Shown here piece after piece: positions 17,877-27,280 of a stretch of 64,000 bases of DNA. The stretch is taken from IMG/VR virus record IMGVR_UViG_3300025771_003046; one strand, 5' to 3'. Under the pieces are notes generated by a model. It was not told where the DNA came from, searched no databases, and saw nothing but the letters and a program-made list of their open reading frames with translations. Positions within the stretch are counted from its first letter, which is position 1; each line of letters opens with the position of its first letter. The DNA comes from an uncultured virus (IMG/VR IMGVR_UViG_3300025771_003046). Taxonomy: Duplodnaviria; Heunggongvirae; Uroviricota; Caudoviricetes. The translations under genes and the position numbers were made by a program.

Positions 17877-18783
17877 TTTGATAAATTCCTTGTTTTATGT
17901 TAACATGTAGTAACGGCGAAAACGACGGTAAATTAGTAAACGGCTGTAACAAATTTCTATCTTCTATAGTTTTAATAACGTTTTCAGCCATTACATGATG
18001 GCACAACATTGATGGATGGTCATCTAAGGGCGGTTGATTAAAATAGTCATAATCGGATCTTATTGTTAATTCTTGATTACCAGGTTGATGTTCGTCCATC
18101 ATGTCTGCCATGCTTTGGTATTCTATTCCTTTATAAGTCAATGTCATTAACCGTTCATTCATCCAAGGATTATTTCTAATCCATTCTAAATTTTCATTTG
18201 GCCATGATAGTAACAGTGTAGGTATACCCTTATCTTCACAAGTGCGTAAAAAATGTTCTATAGGTCTTAGACTATAATCAATATACCATTTTACATAATC
18301 ATCAGGTGTTTTGATATCATGTATCTTCATAAAACGTTTTAATTTAGGAATATCATTGTACAATTCATTAAAAGCAATACCCGGTCCTTCAAAAGCAATA
18401 CAATCTCTATGAGGTTGAGTAAGTTGCATTACTACTAAACCAATATCTTCTAAAGGAATATCTGTCCTTCCGTGTCCATCCACAAAATTAGTATCACTAA
18501 AAAAACAGGTATTCCACCACTTTAAAATACTCTGATGACTGCCGCCGTTAACTCTATCTACTATTTCTGATGTATTAAAGTAATTTGCAACCAGTCTTGG
18601 AAATCTCATTCTTGCAGCGTGTTCAATTTGTGTGTGATTTACTAGTCGGTGATCGTAGGTGTTCCACGGTTGTTCAACTATGCTAGGAAGTCCTGTATAA
18701 TAATACAGACCTTGTCCCCAAGTAAAACTACATCCTGCAAATAAAATAGATTTATTTACTTTTTCTGTTTTTCGTTTTATCAC
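17866..18783 (-). CDS. SGNH/GDSL-like protein, paralog 2
   Basis: FAGCSFTWG, NGGS, C-terminal DDHPS...H. Confidence 0.6.
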   Translation of the reverse strand: MIKRKTEKVNKSILFAGCSFTWGQGLYYYTGLPSIVEQPWNTYDHRLVNHTQIEHAARMRFPRLVANYFNTSEIVDRVNGGSHQSILKWWNTCFFSDTNFVDGHGRTDIPLEDIGLVVMQLTQPHRDCIAFEGPGIAFNELYNDIPKLKRFMKIHDIKTPDDYVKWYIDYSLRPIEHFLRTCEDKGIPTLLLSWPNENLEWIRNNPWMNERLMTLTYKGIEYQSMADMMDEHQPGNQELTIRSDYDYFNQPPLDDHPSMLCHHVMAENVIKTIEDRNLLQPFTNLPSFSPLLHVNIKQGIYQNEL

Positions 18784-19207
18784 TTTGTCCTCCTTTCGGC
18801 CAACTTATTTCCCAGTCTTTAAAATCTGCTGCTAAACAGTCTACTTTATAATCTTTTCTTCCACCAATTAGTTCTTGTATAATATTCTTACTTGTATTTC
18901 TAATTCCGTTCAGACCATGAGTAAGTTCAAGATTTCCTTCTTTTTCGCCTCTACGAAACTTTGATTCATTTTGCCAGATATGCAAATTCATTTGTGCGCA
19001 AACTATTATAGCTCTAATAGTTTTTGCATCAACTACTGAATTATTTTCATCTAGTATAAGTTGTATGTCGTGTACAATATCATCAATCTCTTGTGCGTAC
19101 TCGTCTTTGTATTCTGGTATAAAGACTTCTTTTAATTGTACAATAGAAAGTCTATCAATTAATTCACTTAGTGTTTGTAAATATCTTCTTTCTGATTTGT
19201 ATGTCAT
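18752..19207 (-). CDS. Hypothetical helical protein (DUF6165/DUF4254-like)
   Basis: SELIDRLSIVQLK...MNLHIWQNE...LNGIRN..KN.I resembles small proteins found in polysaccharide loci. Confidence 0.5.
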   Translation of the reverse strand: MTYKSERRYLQTLSELIDRLSIVQLKEVFIPEYKDEYAQEIDDIVHDIQLILDENNSVVDAKTIRAIIVCAQMNLHIWQNESKFRRGEKEGNLELTHGLNGIRNTSKNIIQELIGGRKDYKVDCLAADFKDWEISWPKGGQSDKTKNRKSK

Positions 19208-20136
19208 AGGTTCGTAAAACTCCTGTTGTTGTGCGTAACTACAATACTATATGCTTCAATAAGTTGTTTTATACCATAATCTAAATCATACAAAGGTTTC
19301 CAACCTAGTGATTCTATTTTATCATTACTTACAATATAGTTTCGTTTATCAAAGTCTTGTTTAAATTCGTCCTGCTTAATAACTAAACCAGGTATGTGTT
19401 CTTTTATTTTTTCTGCAAGTTCCATTTTACTTAGATTAGCAGTAGACAATCCTACATTAAATGCTTCGCCTGAACATTTTTCATAGTTTTCTATTACAAA
19501 CTCAAATGCTCTTGCAATGTCTTGTACATGTATATAGTTGCGTTTAAAATGCGCTTCAAACAAAACGAGATATCCATCCGTAAAAGATTTATAAACAAAA
19601 TCATTTACTAACAGGTCTTGGCGCATTCTAGGACTAATTCCAAAAACAGTAGCAAGTCTTAGTGCAACACCGCCGCTAGCAATAACTGTATCTTCTGCGT
19701 CACACTTTGTTTTAGCATACAAACTAAGAGGTTTGAATGGACTTTCTTCTGTGATAATTTCTTCACTAGAACCATACTGGCTGTTTGTGTTAGGCATAAT
19801 CAATTTCTGTTTTGCTGTTAACACTTGTGCAATGTGCTTTATCTGTTCGTAGTTAACTTCTACTGTAAGTTGAGGATTATCTTTACATGCTGGCATTCCT
19901 ACAATAGCAGCTAAGGGAATTATTACATCGTGATCTTTAACTAATTCTTGCAATAGTTCTTTGTTGCGTACATCGCCTTTTACAAAACAAAAGTTGTCGT
20001 TTTTAAATAGATGCAAAAGAGACAATTGCTTGTACATAAGATTGTCTAATACTGTAACAGCATATCCTTTAGATAACAAATATTCTGCTGCTGTAGAACC
20101 TAAGTATCCGGCTCCGCCTGTGATTAATATTTTCAT
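19204..20136 (-). CDS. NAD-dependent epimerase/dehydratase (extended SDR)
   Basis: ITGGAGYLG, LAAIVG, YAKTK (YxxxK), LRLATVFG. Confidence 0.92.
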   Translation of the reverse strand: MKILITGGAGYLGSTAAEYLLSKGYAVTVLDNLMYKQLSLLHLFKNDNFCFVKGDVRNKELLQELVKDHDVIIPLAAIVGMPACKDNPQLTVEVNYEQIKHIAQVLTAKQKLIMPNTNSQYGSSEEIITEESPFKPLSLYAKTKCDAEDTVIASGGVALRLATVFGISPRMRQDLLVNDFVYKSFTDGYLVLFEAHFKRNYIHVQDIARAFEFVIENYEKCSGEAFNVGLSTANLSKMELAEKIKEHIPGLVIKQDEFKQDFDKRNYIVSNDKIESLGWKPLYDLDYGIKQLIEAYSIVVTHNNRSFTNL

Positions 20137-20141
20137 ATATT

Positions 20142-21239
20142 TTATCCCTTTAAAGCATTTATAAACTTTGATGTTAATACCATATCGTCATCTTGTGTAA
20201 TCATACGAATTAATTTTTCATAATTTTTTTCTATTTTTTCACCATAATTGTCTAGTAAATATTTTTGAACATTATGATTAGTTTTATATTTTTCTTTTAG
20301 ATCGATTAGATATTTGCAAGTGCTATATATAGAATTTTGTGCGTCATCTTGTGTAATCTCATTTAAATTTTCAGGAAGAAATTTAAAATTTAGTAACCAA
20401 AATCCATTGTCAATAAGCCATTTATATTGATCTTGAGTCGTATATAGCATAAAAAATATTTTTGCTTTACCATATAACAAACATTTTAATGTTTTTTCCG
20501 ATATATGTTGTCTGTGAAATCTACTGTCTGTATCGACACCATCAGCCCAATTGTGACCTACATCGTTACCTATTGTTTCCCATAACATATTAACAACACT
20601 AGTTTGGTAATCTGTATAAGATGATATGTGATTATGTTCCCAAACTCCGAATATTTCATAACTATTAATAACATCAGAAATATTACTACTATGCGATTTG
20701 TAAATTTTAAGATCTTCTTTTAATATTTCTTTCATATTATCATAGATCATATGTCTAGTCTGAGACAATTTTCCGTTTATATGGAAAGGTCTGTGATAAC
20801 ATCCAACAAGATTATTTTTTATGTCAGATGGATAAAAATTTAAAAATTCATGACCAAAATAATAATAAAAATAAAATAAAGTTAATCTATAATCATTTAT
20901 AGCATTTTTATGATCAAAAGAATATTTTGCGCCAGAAAGATATATATTACCGTTATCTAAAAATCTTTTTATATCATTATCTGAAAAGCTAGGACCTATC
21001 TTTTCGCCAGGAGTTGATAAAACTATTTTACTTTTATTTTCTTGATTAATAAGATCAATGCTGTTAGAACATTCTAAGTATTTTTTTTTAGGCCAAGATT
21101 TGCCAAAATAGAACAAATCATTGTTAAGTTTAACACTAAAGCTACCTCGCTCTCCTACATTAACCTTGCCATTTTTTAAAAAATACATAATGTACCCTAT
21201 TTCATTCCAACGGCTATACTTAAAATAATACTTGGACAT
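20142..21239 (-). CDS. Hypothetical protein, divergent member of the ET...(S/T)EK putative glycosyltransferase group
   Basis: DYQTSVVNMLWET...HISEKTLK matches the motif in the 22741 and 25904 ORFs; TGATG-coupled start. Confidence 0.5.
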   Translation of the reverse strand: MSKYYFKYSRWNEIGYIMYFLKNGKVNVGERGSFSVKLNNDLFYFGKSWPKKKYLECSNSIDLINQENKSKIVLSTPGEKIGPSFSDNDIKRFLDNGNIYLSGAKYSFDHKNAINDYRLTLFYFYYYFGHEFLNFYPSDIKNNLVGCYHRPFHINGKLSQTRHMIYDNMKEILKEDLKIYKSHSSNISDVINSYEIFGVWEHNHISSYTDYQTSVVNMLWETIGNDVGHNWADGVDTDSRFHRQHISEKTLKCLLYGKAKIFFMLYTTQDQYKWLIDNGFWLLNFKFLPENLNEITQDDAQNSIYSTCKYLIDLKEKYKTNHNVQKYLLDNYGEKIEKNYEKLIRMITQDDDMVLTSKFINALKG

Positions 21240-22741
21240 CAATCACCTAATAATTTTCTTTTTAAAGTTTTCTTTCTTGTATTACGCAATTGCTCTACTG
21301 CATGAAATCCAAATCTTTTTTCTAATAGTCTCTCATATTCTGGTAAGCTATTGTATCTATCCCATGCATAATCTCTAAATCTTAAAACTTCTGCTGCTGA
21401 CAAATAATCTGTTGGCAAGTTTTGTGTTTCATATGCGTGTTGCGAGTAACCTATATACTGGTCAGGAAGTTTTACTCCATTTGCTTTTGACTGTCTATAT
21501 AACGGCGATCCTGGATAAGCCATAGCACAGTAAAAACTAGCCATTTCAGTTAAGTTTTCTTTAGCAAACTGTAAGGTATTTTCCATACTTTTCTGCGTGT
21601 CTCCTGGTAATCCAAATATGTAATTTCCTGCTACTGCAATACCATGCGATTGAATATTTGCAATCAATGTAGTAATGTTTACATCTTCAAACCCTTCTTT
21701 GTATATAATTTTTCTAGCTTCTATATCAGGATTCTCAATTCCTAATGCGAGCCATTTAACACCTGCACGTCTTAGTATTTCTAAATGCTCTGGTTTACAA
21801 GTGTCTACTCTAGCATATGCCCATATGTTAAAGTCATAGCCTCGTTCAATGATTAACTCACATATTCTTACAAAATGTCTAGGATTAAGAACAAACAGTT
21901 CATCTGCAAATTTAATATTTTTAACACCTTTAGCTGCTAGTATACCAAGTTGATTAACTGTAAATTCCGGAGACCAAAATCTAAAGCCATTCATATGAGA
22001 TGCGTCGAGTTGATCATTGCTAGATCTATTAATAATATTAATCATACAAAAGGAACACTTATACGGACATCCTAAACTAGTATATATAGATGCAAAAGGT
22101 TCTTTTATTGAATTATTAGTCCAACTATGCCAGCCAGCTGTTCTATACCCACTGTTAGGATCTATTTTATTCCAATTTATTCCAGGCAAGATAATATCAA
22201 GGTTGCTTCTAGAAACAGGAATAGATGCTTCATTTAAATGTACACCTTCTGCATCCCTATATGCTATACCTTTGATGTAGGACAAGGACTTTGTTAAGTC
22301 CGAAGCTTGACTTAAATCGTGTAATGCTTGTACACCTTCATTTGTAAATGCAATGTCAATAAAAGAATGTAACTCAAGTGTTTCGACAGGCAATGCACTT
22401 ACATGCCCGCCTACGAATCCTATTTTAATATTAGCATCTAATTGTTTTACAAGTTCTGCAACTTCTATTGCTCCGGTCATATTTTGCGAAGAAGCGCTCG
22501 GTTGTGCTCCATAGACAATAAAAACTGCCATTTCACATCTAGAGTCTTGTATCCTTGCCGCTGACTGTTCTGCAGTCAATCCTAAGACTTCGCAATCTAA
22601 TATTTCTGTTCCTATACCTGCTGTTGATAGACTATTTTCTAAGAGTCCTGCCCAAATAGGTGTCTCTATAGCACTATCGGATGATGCTAAAGACTGAAAT
22701 ACTCTTTTTGCAGAATTTGCATGAATAAGCAAAAATTTCAT
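21239..22741 (-). CDS. B12-binding-domain (class B-like) radical SAM protein
   Basis: FVGGH, NEG, TSLGCPYKCSFC, FADELF, WAYARVD, YIFGLPGDT, YPGSPL. Confidence 0.9.
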   Translation of the reverse strand: MKFLLIHANSAKRVFQSLASSDSAIETPIWAGLLENSLSTAGIGTEILDCEVLGLTAEQSAARIQDSRCEMAVFIVYGAQPSASSQNMTGAIEVAELVKQLDANIKIGFVGGHVSALPVETLELHSFIDIAFTNEGVQALHDLSQASDLTKSLSYIKGIAYRDAEGVHLNEASIPVSRSNLDIILPGINWNKIDPNSGYRTAGWHSWTNNSIKEPFASIYTSLGCPYKCSFCMINIINRSSNDQLDASHMNGFRFWSPEFTVNQLGILAAKGVKNIKFADELFVLNPRHFVRICELIIERGYDFNIWAYARVDTCKPEHLEILRRAGVKWLALGIENPDIEARKIIYKEGFEDVNITTLIANIQSHGIAVAGNYIFGLPGDTQKSMENTLQFAKENLTEMASFYCAMAYPGSPLYRQSKANGVKLPDQYIGYSQHAYETQNLPTDYLSAAEVLRFRDYAWDRYNSLPEYERLLEKRFGFHAVEQLRNTRKKTLKRKLLGD

Positions 22742-24054
22742 TACCGATATAGTTCCTCAATTTTTTCAAACAACTCTATATAAGGATTAGTATCTATAAA
22801 AGTTTTAAGATGTTCTTGATTATATAAAAGTATATCCTTACAATTATAATACAGATCATGCATGGTGTCAAGAGACATATTACCCAGTCTTCTAATTTCT
22901 TTCATCATTAATTGAACACGCTTCTTCTTGTTATCTTCTCTAGTATATGCTTCGTCAATATACGGTTCAAAAGTTTTAAAACCTAACTCGTGCAACAGTT
23001 GTATTGCACCAATATTTCCGTAGTGTATAAACGGATGTAAATTTACAAATGGTCTAAACGTTTTTTCAGAATTAAAAGGATAATCGTTATTGATAAAATC
23101 TGTTTCAGATACAATACTTACATAACTATCAGTATACCACTGTTTATTAGTTTGGTTTGATGGAAATCCTGTTTTGTCATCAAAATGATTAGTGTCAAGT
23201 TCTATTGGAATCATTGCATTAGCTTTATCAATTACGTCCTTAGGCATATCAGCACCGTAATGTTCATAAAGCCAATTTTGTACAATGTCTGTTTCTTCCT
23301 GCATAGGTGAAATAAAACTTGCTAAACTTTTTTCTAATAAACCTGTACGCACTAATTCGTATAATAGATAATATCTATGCTTTCGATTTGCCCTATTTAA
23401 AGTTAAAAAGTGCTTACTACGTTTAGATCCATCTAGGTCTGCCTCTCTTACTATATCAGCAGTATAATTTAGACTACCAACAAACGGAAAGTTCATCATT
23501 TCTTTTGCACTTTCGTGTGCAAAGAACGTCGAACTTTCGATAACATGCATTTCTGTATTTTTTTGAATATTGCCAGCAACCATAATTAAATTTTTTAAAT
23601 CCATTCCATAAGATCTAAAATAGTCTTCTATTTTTCGTATACCGTCTAACATAATCGGATCATGCGTAAGATTAATTATAATCTTAACCTTTCCTGATAG
23701 AATTAAATTACGCATCTTAGTTGACAGTGTATCCATAAGAGAATAATGAATATTAGTATTTTTTGTATAACTGCCCTTCCATAAAACTTCAAAATGCAAA
23801 ATCTCTAAAGGAAATAAGTAAGTTTCATTATCGTTAACATCTACTTCATCTGGACTTACTTGTTTTAATAGTCCTGGTTTAATTGTATATCGATGAAAAT
23901 TATCGTGCCATCTAAAAGATACACCGACAGTCTCTTCTATTCTTTTTCTAATTTCTTCTTCATTAAAAAGATTAGAAGTTTCATATAAACAGGACTGATG
24001 TAACCCATTAGGTAATGCAATTCCATTTACCCATTTATCAAAAACAACTTTCAT
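22741..24054 (-). CDS. Putative glycosyltransferase (GT10/exostosin-like C-terminal motif)
   Basis: FLTLNR...HR, YVSIVSET...SEKTFRPF..LHPF...LGFKTF.PYIDE.Y. Confidence 0.55.
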   Translation of the reverse strand: MKVVFDKWVNGIALPNGLHQSCLYETSNLFNEEEIRKRIEETVGVSFRWHDNFHRYTIKPGLLKQVSPDEVDVNDNETYLFPLEILHFEVLWKGSYTKNTNIHYSLMDTLSTKMRNLILSGKVKIIINLTHDPIMLDGIRKIEDYFRSYGMDLKNLIMVAGNIQKNTEMHVIESSTFFAHESAKEMMNFPFVGSLNYTADIVREADLDGSKRSKHFLTLNRANRKHRYYLLYELVRTGLLEKSLASFISPMQEETDIVQNWLYEHYGADMPKDVIDKANAMIPIELDTNHFDDKTGFPSNQTNKQWYTDSYVSIVSETDFINNDYPFNSEKTFRPFVNLHPFIHYGNIGAIQLLHELGFKTFEPYIDEAYTREDNKKKRVQLMMKEIRRLGNMSLDTMHDLYYNCKDILLYNQEHLKTFIDTNPYIELFEKIEELYR

Positions 24055-24684
24055 TTAGAAAACTACCCATTTACCAGTACCGTAATGAGGATATTTAGAT
24101 TTATAGTTATAATGTATAACATCATTAGGTAAATCTCTTGTTTTATTCCATGTTGCTACAGTCGGAGTTCTTGTACTAACTTCGTTATCTTCTACTACAA
24201 AGTATAATGGTAGATCGAAATTACGTGCGTACTTATGGACTTCATAAAATAGCCCAGTTTCAAAACACATATCTCCTATAAAGCACCAAACTTTATCATC
24301 AGTTCCGTTATCTTTGATAGACTTAGCAACACCTAATGCTATTGAAAGAGGTCCACCGACGATTGCACTACTATAGAATTTTTCATCGATGTTACAAACT
24401 GTAATAGATTTACCATCAAGTATTTCTTGTTCTAACCAATTAGGACTTAGACCTTTTAACAAAGCATGATAATGACTACGCCATGTAGAAAATACCCAGT
24501 CGCTTGTTTTAATTCTTTTAAATATTTCTATCAACGAATCTTCATTACCGTTACTTAAATGAACAGGTCCTCTAATCTTAGCACTTTCCCAATGTTCTAT
24601 TATTTTATTTTCAAACTCAATTAGATCTTGTGCTGTAAAAATGCTTTCTCTCACCTGAGGATACTGTTCTAAATTTTTAATCAT
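24055..24684 (-). CDS. TPP-dependent enzyme alpha subunit (PDH E1alpha-like, short)
   Basis: PVHLSNGNE, STWRSHYHAL, AIVGG, and the TPP motif IGD...VVEDN. Confidence 0.88.
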   Translation of the reverse strand: MIKNLEQYPQVRESIFTAQDLIEFENKIIEHWESAKIRGPVHLSNGNEDSLIEIFKRIKTSDWVFSTWRSHYHALLKGLSPNWLEQEILDGKSITVCNIDEKFYSSAIVGGPLSIALGVAKSIKDNGTDDKVWCFIGDMCFETGLFYEVHKYARNFDLPLYFVVEDNEVSTRTPTVATWNKTRDLPNDVIHYNYKSKYPHYGTGKWVVF

Positions 24685-25387
24685 AATATTTTCCTAAATG
24701 ACTATGTATGTGTTCTGCTACTACTCTGTGACCATCGACTGAAAAATGTGAATCATCTATAGGATAATTTGGTAAGTCTAATAATCTATATTTATTAGTT
24801 GAAATATATCGACATAAATCAATGTTGTAATGAATGTTATCAAATGTCATCATGGTTTTACTTTCATCAGGCACTTCGTCTGCATCGTACAGAATCCACA
24901 ATACATCAATTTTTTTGTTTTGTAGATATACAGTATATAAGTCAATATTTTTCATAAGGGTATTGAATTCGACTGTTCTGTTGTAAAAATATTTTTGATA
25001 CAAGGTGTAGTATCGCTTGATATTTTTATCGTCAATTTCTAAATTGTTAACTGTAACAAAATCTTCTATTTGATTTGAGTAAATCATTATACGTGGCAAC
25101 AGAGTTGTTTGCATAGTAACTAGAATATTGCTACCATCCTTAATATCTTTTGTGTGCTCATATACGTTCTTAAAAATTAAATCGTTCGATGCTCTTGGAA
25201 CTCCGTGATTTTCTACTTCACAATTTAGCATTTTTGCTAGTTGTGTAGGATATGCATTGGCATACATATAATTTCCATATTCATTAGGAGGATGCTTTTT
25301 TAACCACCTATGATACTCTGGTGAATTAAGGCCTGCGCCTTGTGTAAAACTACAACCAAAAGATAAAAGTTTATCGTATTGTTTCAT
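24677..25387 (-). CDS. SGNH/GDSL-like protein, paralog 3
   Basis: SFGCSFTQG, NHGVPRASN, DDSHFSVDGH. Confidence 0.62.
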   Translation of the reverse strand: MKQYDKLLSFGCSFTQGAGLNSPEYHRWLKKHPPNEYGNYMYANAYPTQLAKMLNCEVENHGVPRASNDLIFKNVYEHTKDIKDGSNILVTMQTTLLPRIMIYSNQIEDFVTVNNLEIDDKNIKRYYTLYQKYFYNRTVEFNTLMKNIDLYTVYLQNKKIDVLWILYDADEVPDESKTMMTFDNIHYNIDLCRYISTNKYRLLDLPNYPIDDSHFSVDGHRVVAEHIHSHLGKYYD

Positions 25388-25914
25388 CTATCTCTTTCTT
25401 GTAAAATAGGATCTGTTGTAGGCCACTCTATTCTAAATCGAGGATCGTTCCACTTAATAACACCTTGATTCTTTTCGTCTACATAGTCGCCTTCGTAGAA
25501 CATATTATAATGGAATATACAATCTGTTAGTGCATAGTGACCGTTAGCGTACCCAGGAGGTATTAAAACTTGATCTCTAGTCTTTTCTGATAGTATATAA
25601 GATTCCCACTTACCTGTTTTAAGATCAAGAACAACTAAATAGATATCACCTACAAGAGCTTGTACAAGTTTATAAGTCTTATCATCATAATGCAAGCCTC
25701 TTAATACACCTTTGTAAGACTTACTAAATCTTCCGTGAACTTCGCTGTCTTTAGAAATAATTTCTGTTACAGGATGGTCGCTAGAATGATAAGTTGTAAA
25801 AATTTCTCCTCTGTATTCACGATATACAGAAGGTTTATAAATTGGAACTTGTTTGCCAAACGTATTAAGATGCGAAACTATCCATTCGTTCCATTTTTGA
25901 TTTTTATAGCTCAT
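25384..25914 (-). CDS. rmlC: dTDP-4-dehydrorhamnose 3,5-epimerase-like protein
   Basis: RGEIF, KGVLRGLHY, KLV, VLDL, IPPGYANG, IKWNDP..IEWP. Confidence 0.88.
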   Translation of the reverse strand: MSYKNQKWNEWIVSHLNTFGKQVPIYKPSVYREYRGEIFTTYHSSDHPVTEIISKDSEVHGRFSKSYKGVLRGLHYDDKTYKLVQALVGDIYLVVLDLKTGKWESYILSEKTRDQVLIPPGYANGHYALTDCIFHYNMFYEGDYVDEKNQGVIKWNDPRFRIEWPTTDPILQERDR

Positions 25915-27280
25915 TTGCTTTTGCTTCCAAGAAATTTACAAAGTCTTTAGTTAAAGGCTCTGACTCGTAAATCTTTATTAAGTGCTCTCTATTGTGTTCT
26001 AAAATATCTTGCATTTCCCAATACCATGTATATATTTCATCTTCGGACATTTCGCATAATCGTTTGACTTCTGAAACTATCATTTTTAAACGCTTGTGTG
26101 CAACTTTTTCATTATCATACGACTCGTCTATCCAAGGACTAAAAGTTTTAAATCCTAAATCTCTTAAATGCTGTAATGCACCCTTGAAAGAAAAGAAAAA
26201 GAAAGGATGATAGTTTCCTATCGGTTTAAAAACTTTTTCAGTTAATGATTTATGATCTCCATGATAGTATGTTTCTGTGCATATATAAAAATAACTATTT
26301 CTATAAGGTTCTCGTGTTCGATCAGTCCATGCACTTACAGTATTCATAGTAGTATCGGGCTCGTCGGCAAGTTTTTTTGGAAATAAATTAACCAATGACT
26401 CTGTTTCGACATCGTAATCTAAACTCCATTCAATCTTAACATGTTTTAACATTTGATCATTTAGCGAGGTTTTTTCAGATAGATAACTCCAATCACCGCG
26501 ATCTAAAATTTGTTCACAATATAAAGAATACAGAAGTGCTTGTCGATGATTTCTAGGACTTTTTATTTTCATTAAAAATCTAAAAGGACGTTTTCTACTT
26601 TTTTCTAACTCTGAATCCCATCGACCAGTTTTTGAATAATATTTACTACTGTTCCACATAACAAACGGCCAATCACGCACTTGAATCTTTCGTTCATGGG
26701 GTTCAAACCATTCATCGTATATCTTATGGCCATTATGTGTATTAAACACTAAAATAATTTGACTCGGTGGAATATAGGACGATTCTAAACATTTATGTAA
26801 ATTTTCATATTCATGTTTTTCGATATAATTTTCCTGAGCTAAATCTAGAATTATAGTACATTTTTTGTTTTGAGCATCTTCTAATGCTTCTTGCGACATA
26901 TACTTCCAAAAATAATTACCATTAAGTTTTGAAAATTGCCTAACTCCATGTGCTGCAAACTGATCTAAATGAGGACTTATCTTAACAACATAAAAATAAT
27001 GACTACACTTTTGTTTTCCTTCGAATAATGAAGTATGTTTTATACTAGTTACTTCTTCTAAAGCATTTAAATTTGTTACTGTCCAACTGTTAGGCCAGTC
27101 TCCTAACTGATTATTAAATATCTGTCTACTAATATTAGATTCGCTAGGGTCAGTATAGGCGTTAAATCCGTTGCTTATATTATGTTGAGAGTGCATGTAA
27201 TTCAACACAGCATGATTACTTTCTAAAGCATTAGGTAAAAAATATCCCGGAAAAACATAGTCATATAAAAAGTATATCAT
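25904..27280 (-). CDS. Putative glycosyltransferase (paralog of the 22741 ORF)
   Basis: FLMKIK.PRNHR, YFYICTET...TEKVFKPI..YHPF...LGFKTFSPWIDESY; ATGA-coupled start at 27280. Confidence 0.55.
   Translation of the reverse strand: MIYFLYDYVFPGYFLPNALESNHAVLNYMHSQHNISNGFNAYTDPSESNISRQIFNNQLGDWPNSWTVTNLNALEEVTSIKHTSLFEGKQKCSHYFYVVKISPHLDQFAAHGVRQFSKLNGNYFWKYMSQEALEDAQNKKCTIILDLAQENYIEKHEYENLHKCLESSYIPPSQIILVFNTHNGHKIYDEWFEPHERKIQVRDWPFVMWNSSKYYSKTGRWDSELEKSRKRPFRFLMKIKSPRNHRQALLYSLYCEQILDRGDWSYLSEKTSLNDQMLKHVKIEWSLDYDVETESLVNLFPKKLADEPDTTMNTVSAWTDRTREPYRNSYFYICTETYYHGDHKSLTEKVFKPIGNYHPFFFFSFKGALQHLRDLGFKTFSPWIDESYDNEKVAHKRLKMIVSEVKRLCEMSEDEIYTWYWEMQDILEHNREHLIKIYESEPLTKDFVNFLEAKANEL

Noticed and set aside
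17355..24684. Pyruvate dehydrogenase as an auxiliary metabolic gene
   Set aside because: Both subunits are truncated, no E2/E3 is present, and the context is entirely nucleotide-sugar genes.
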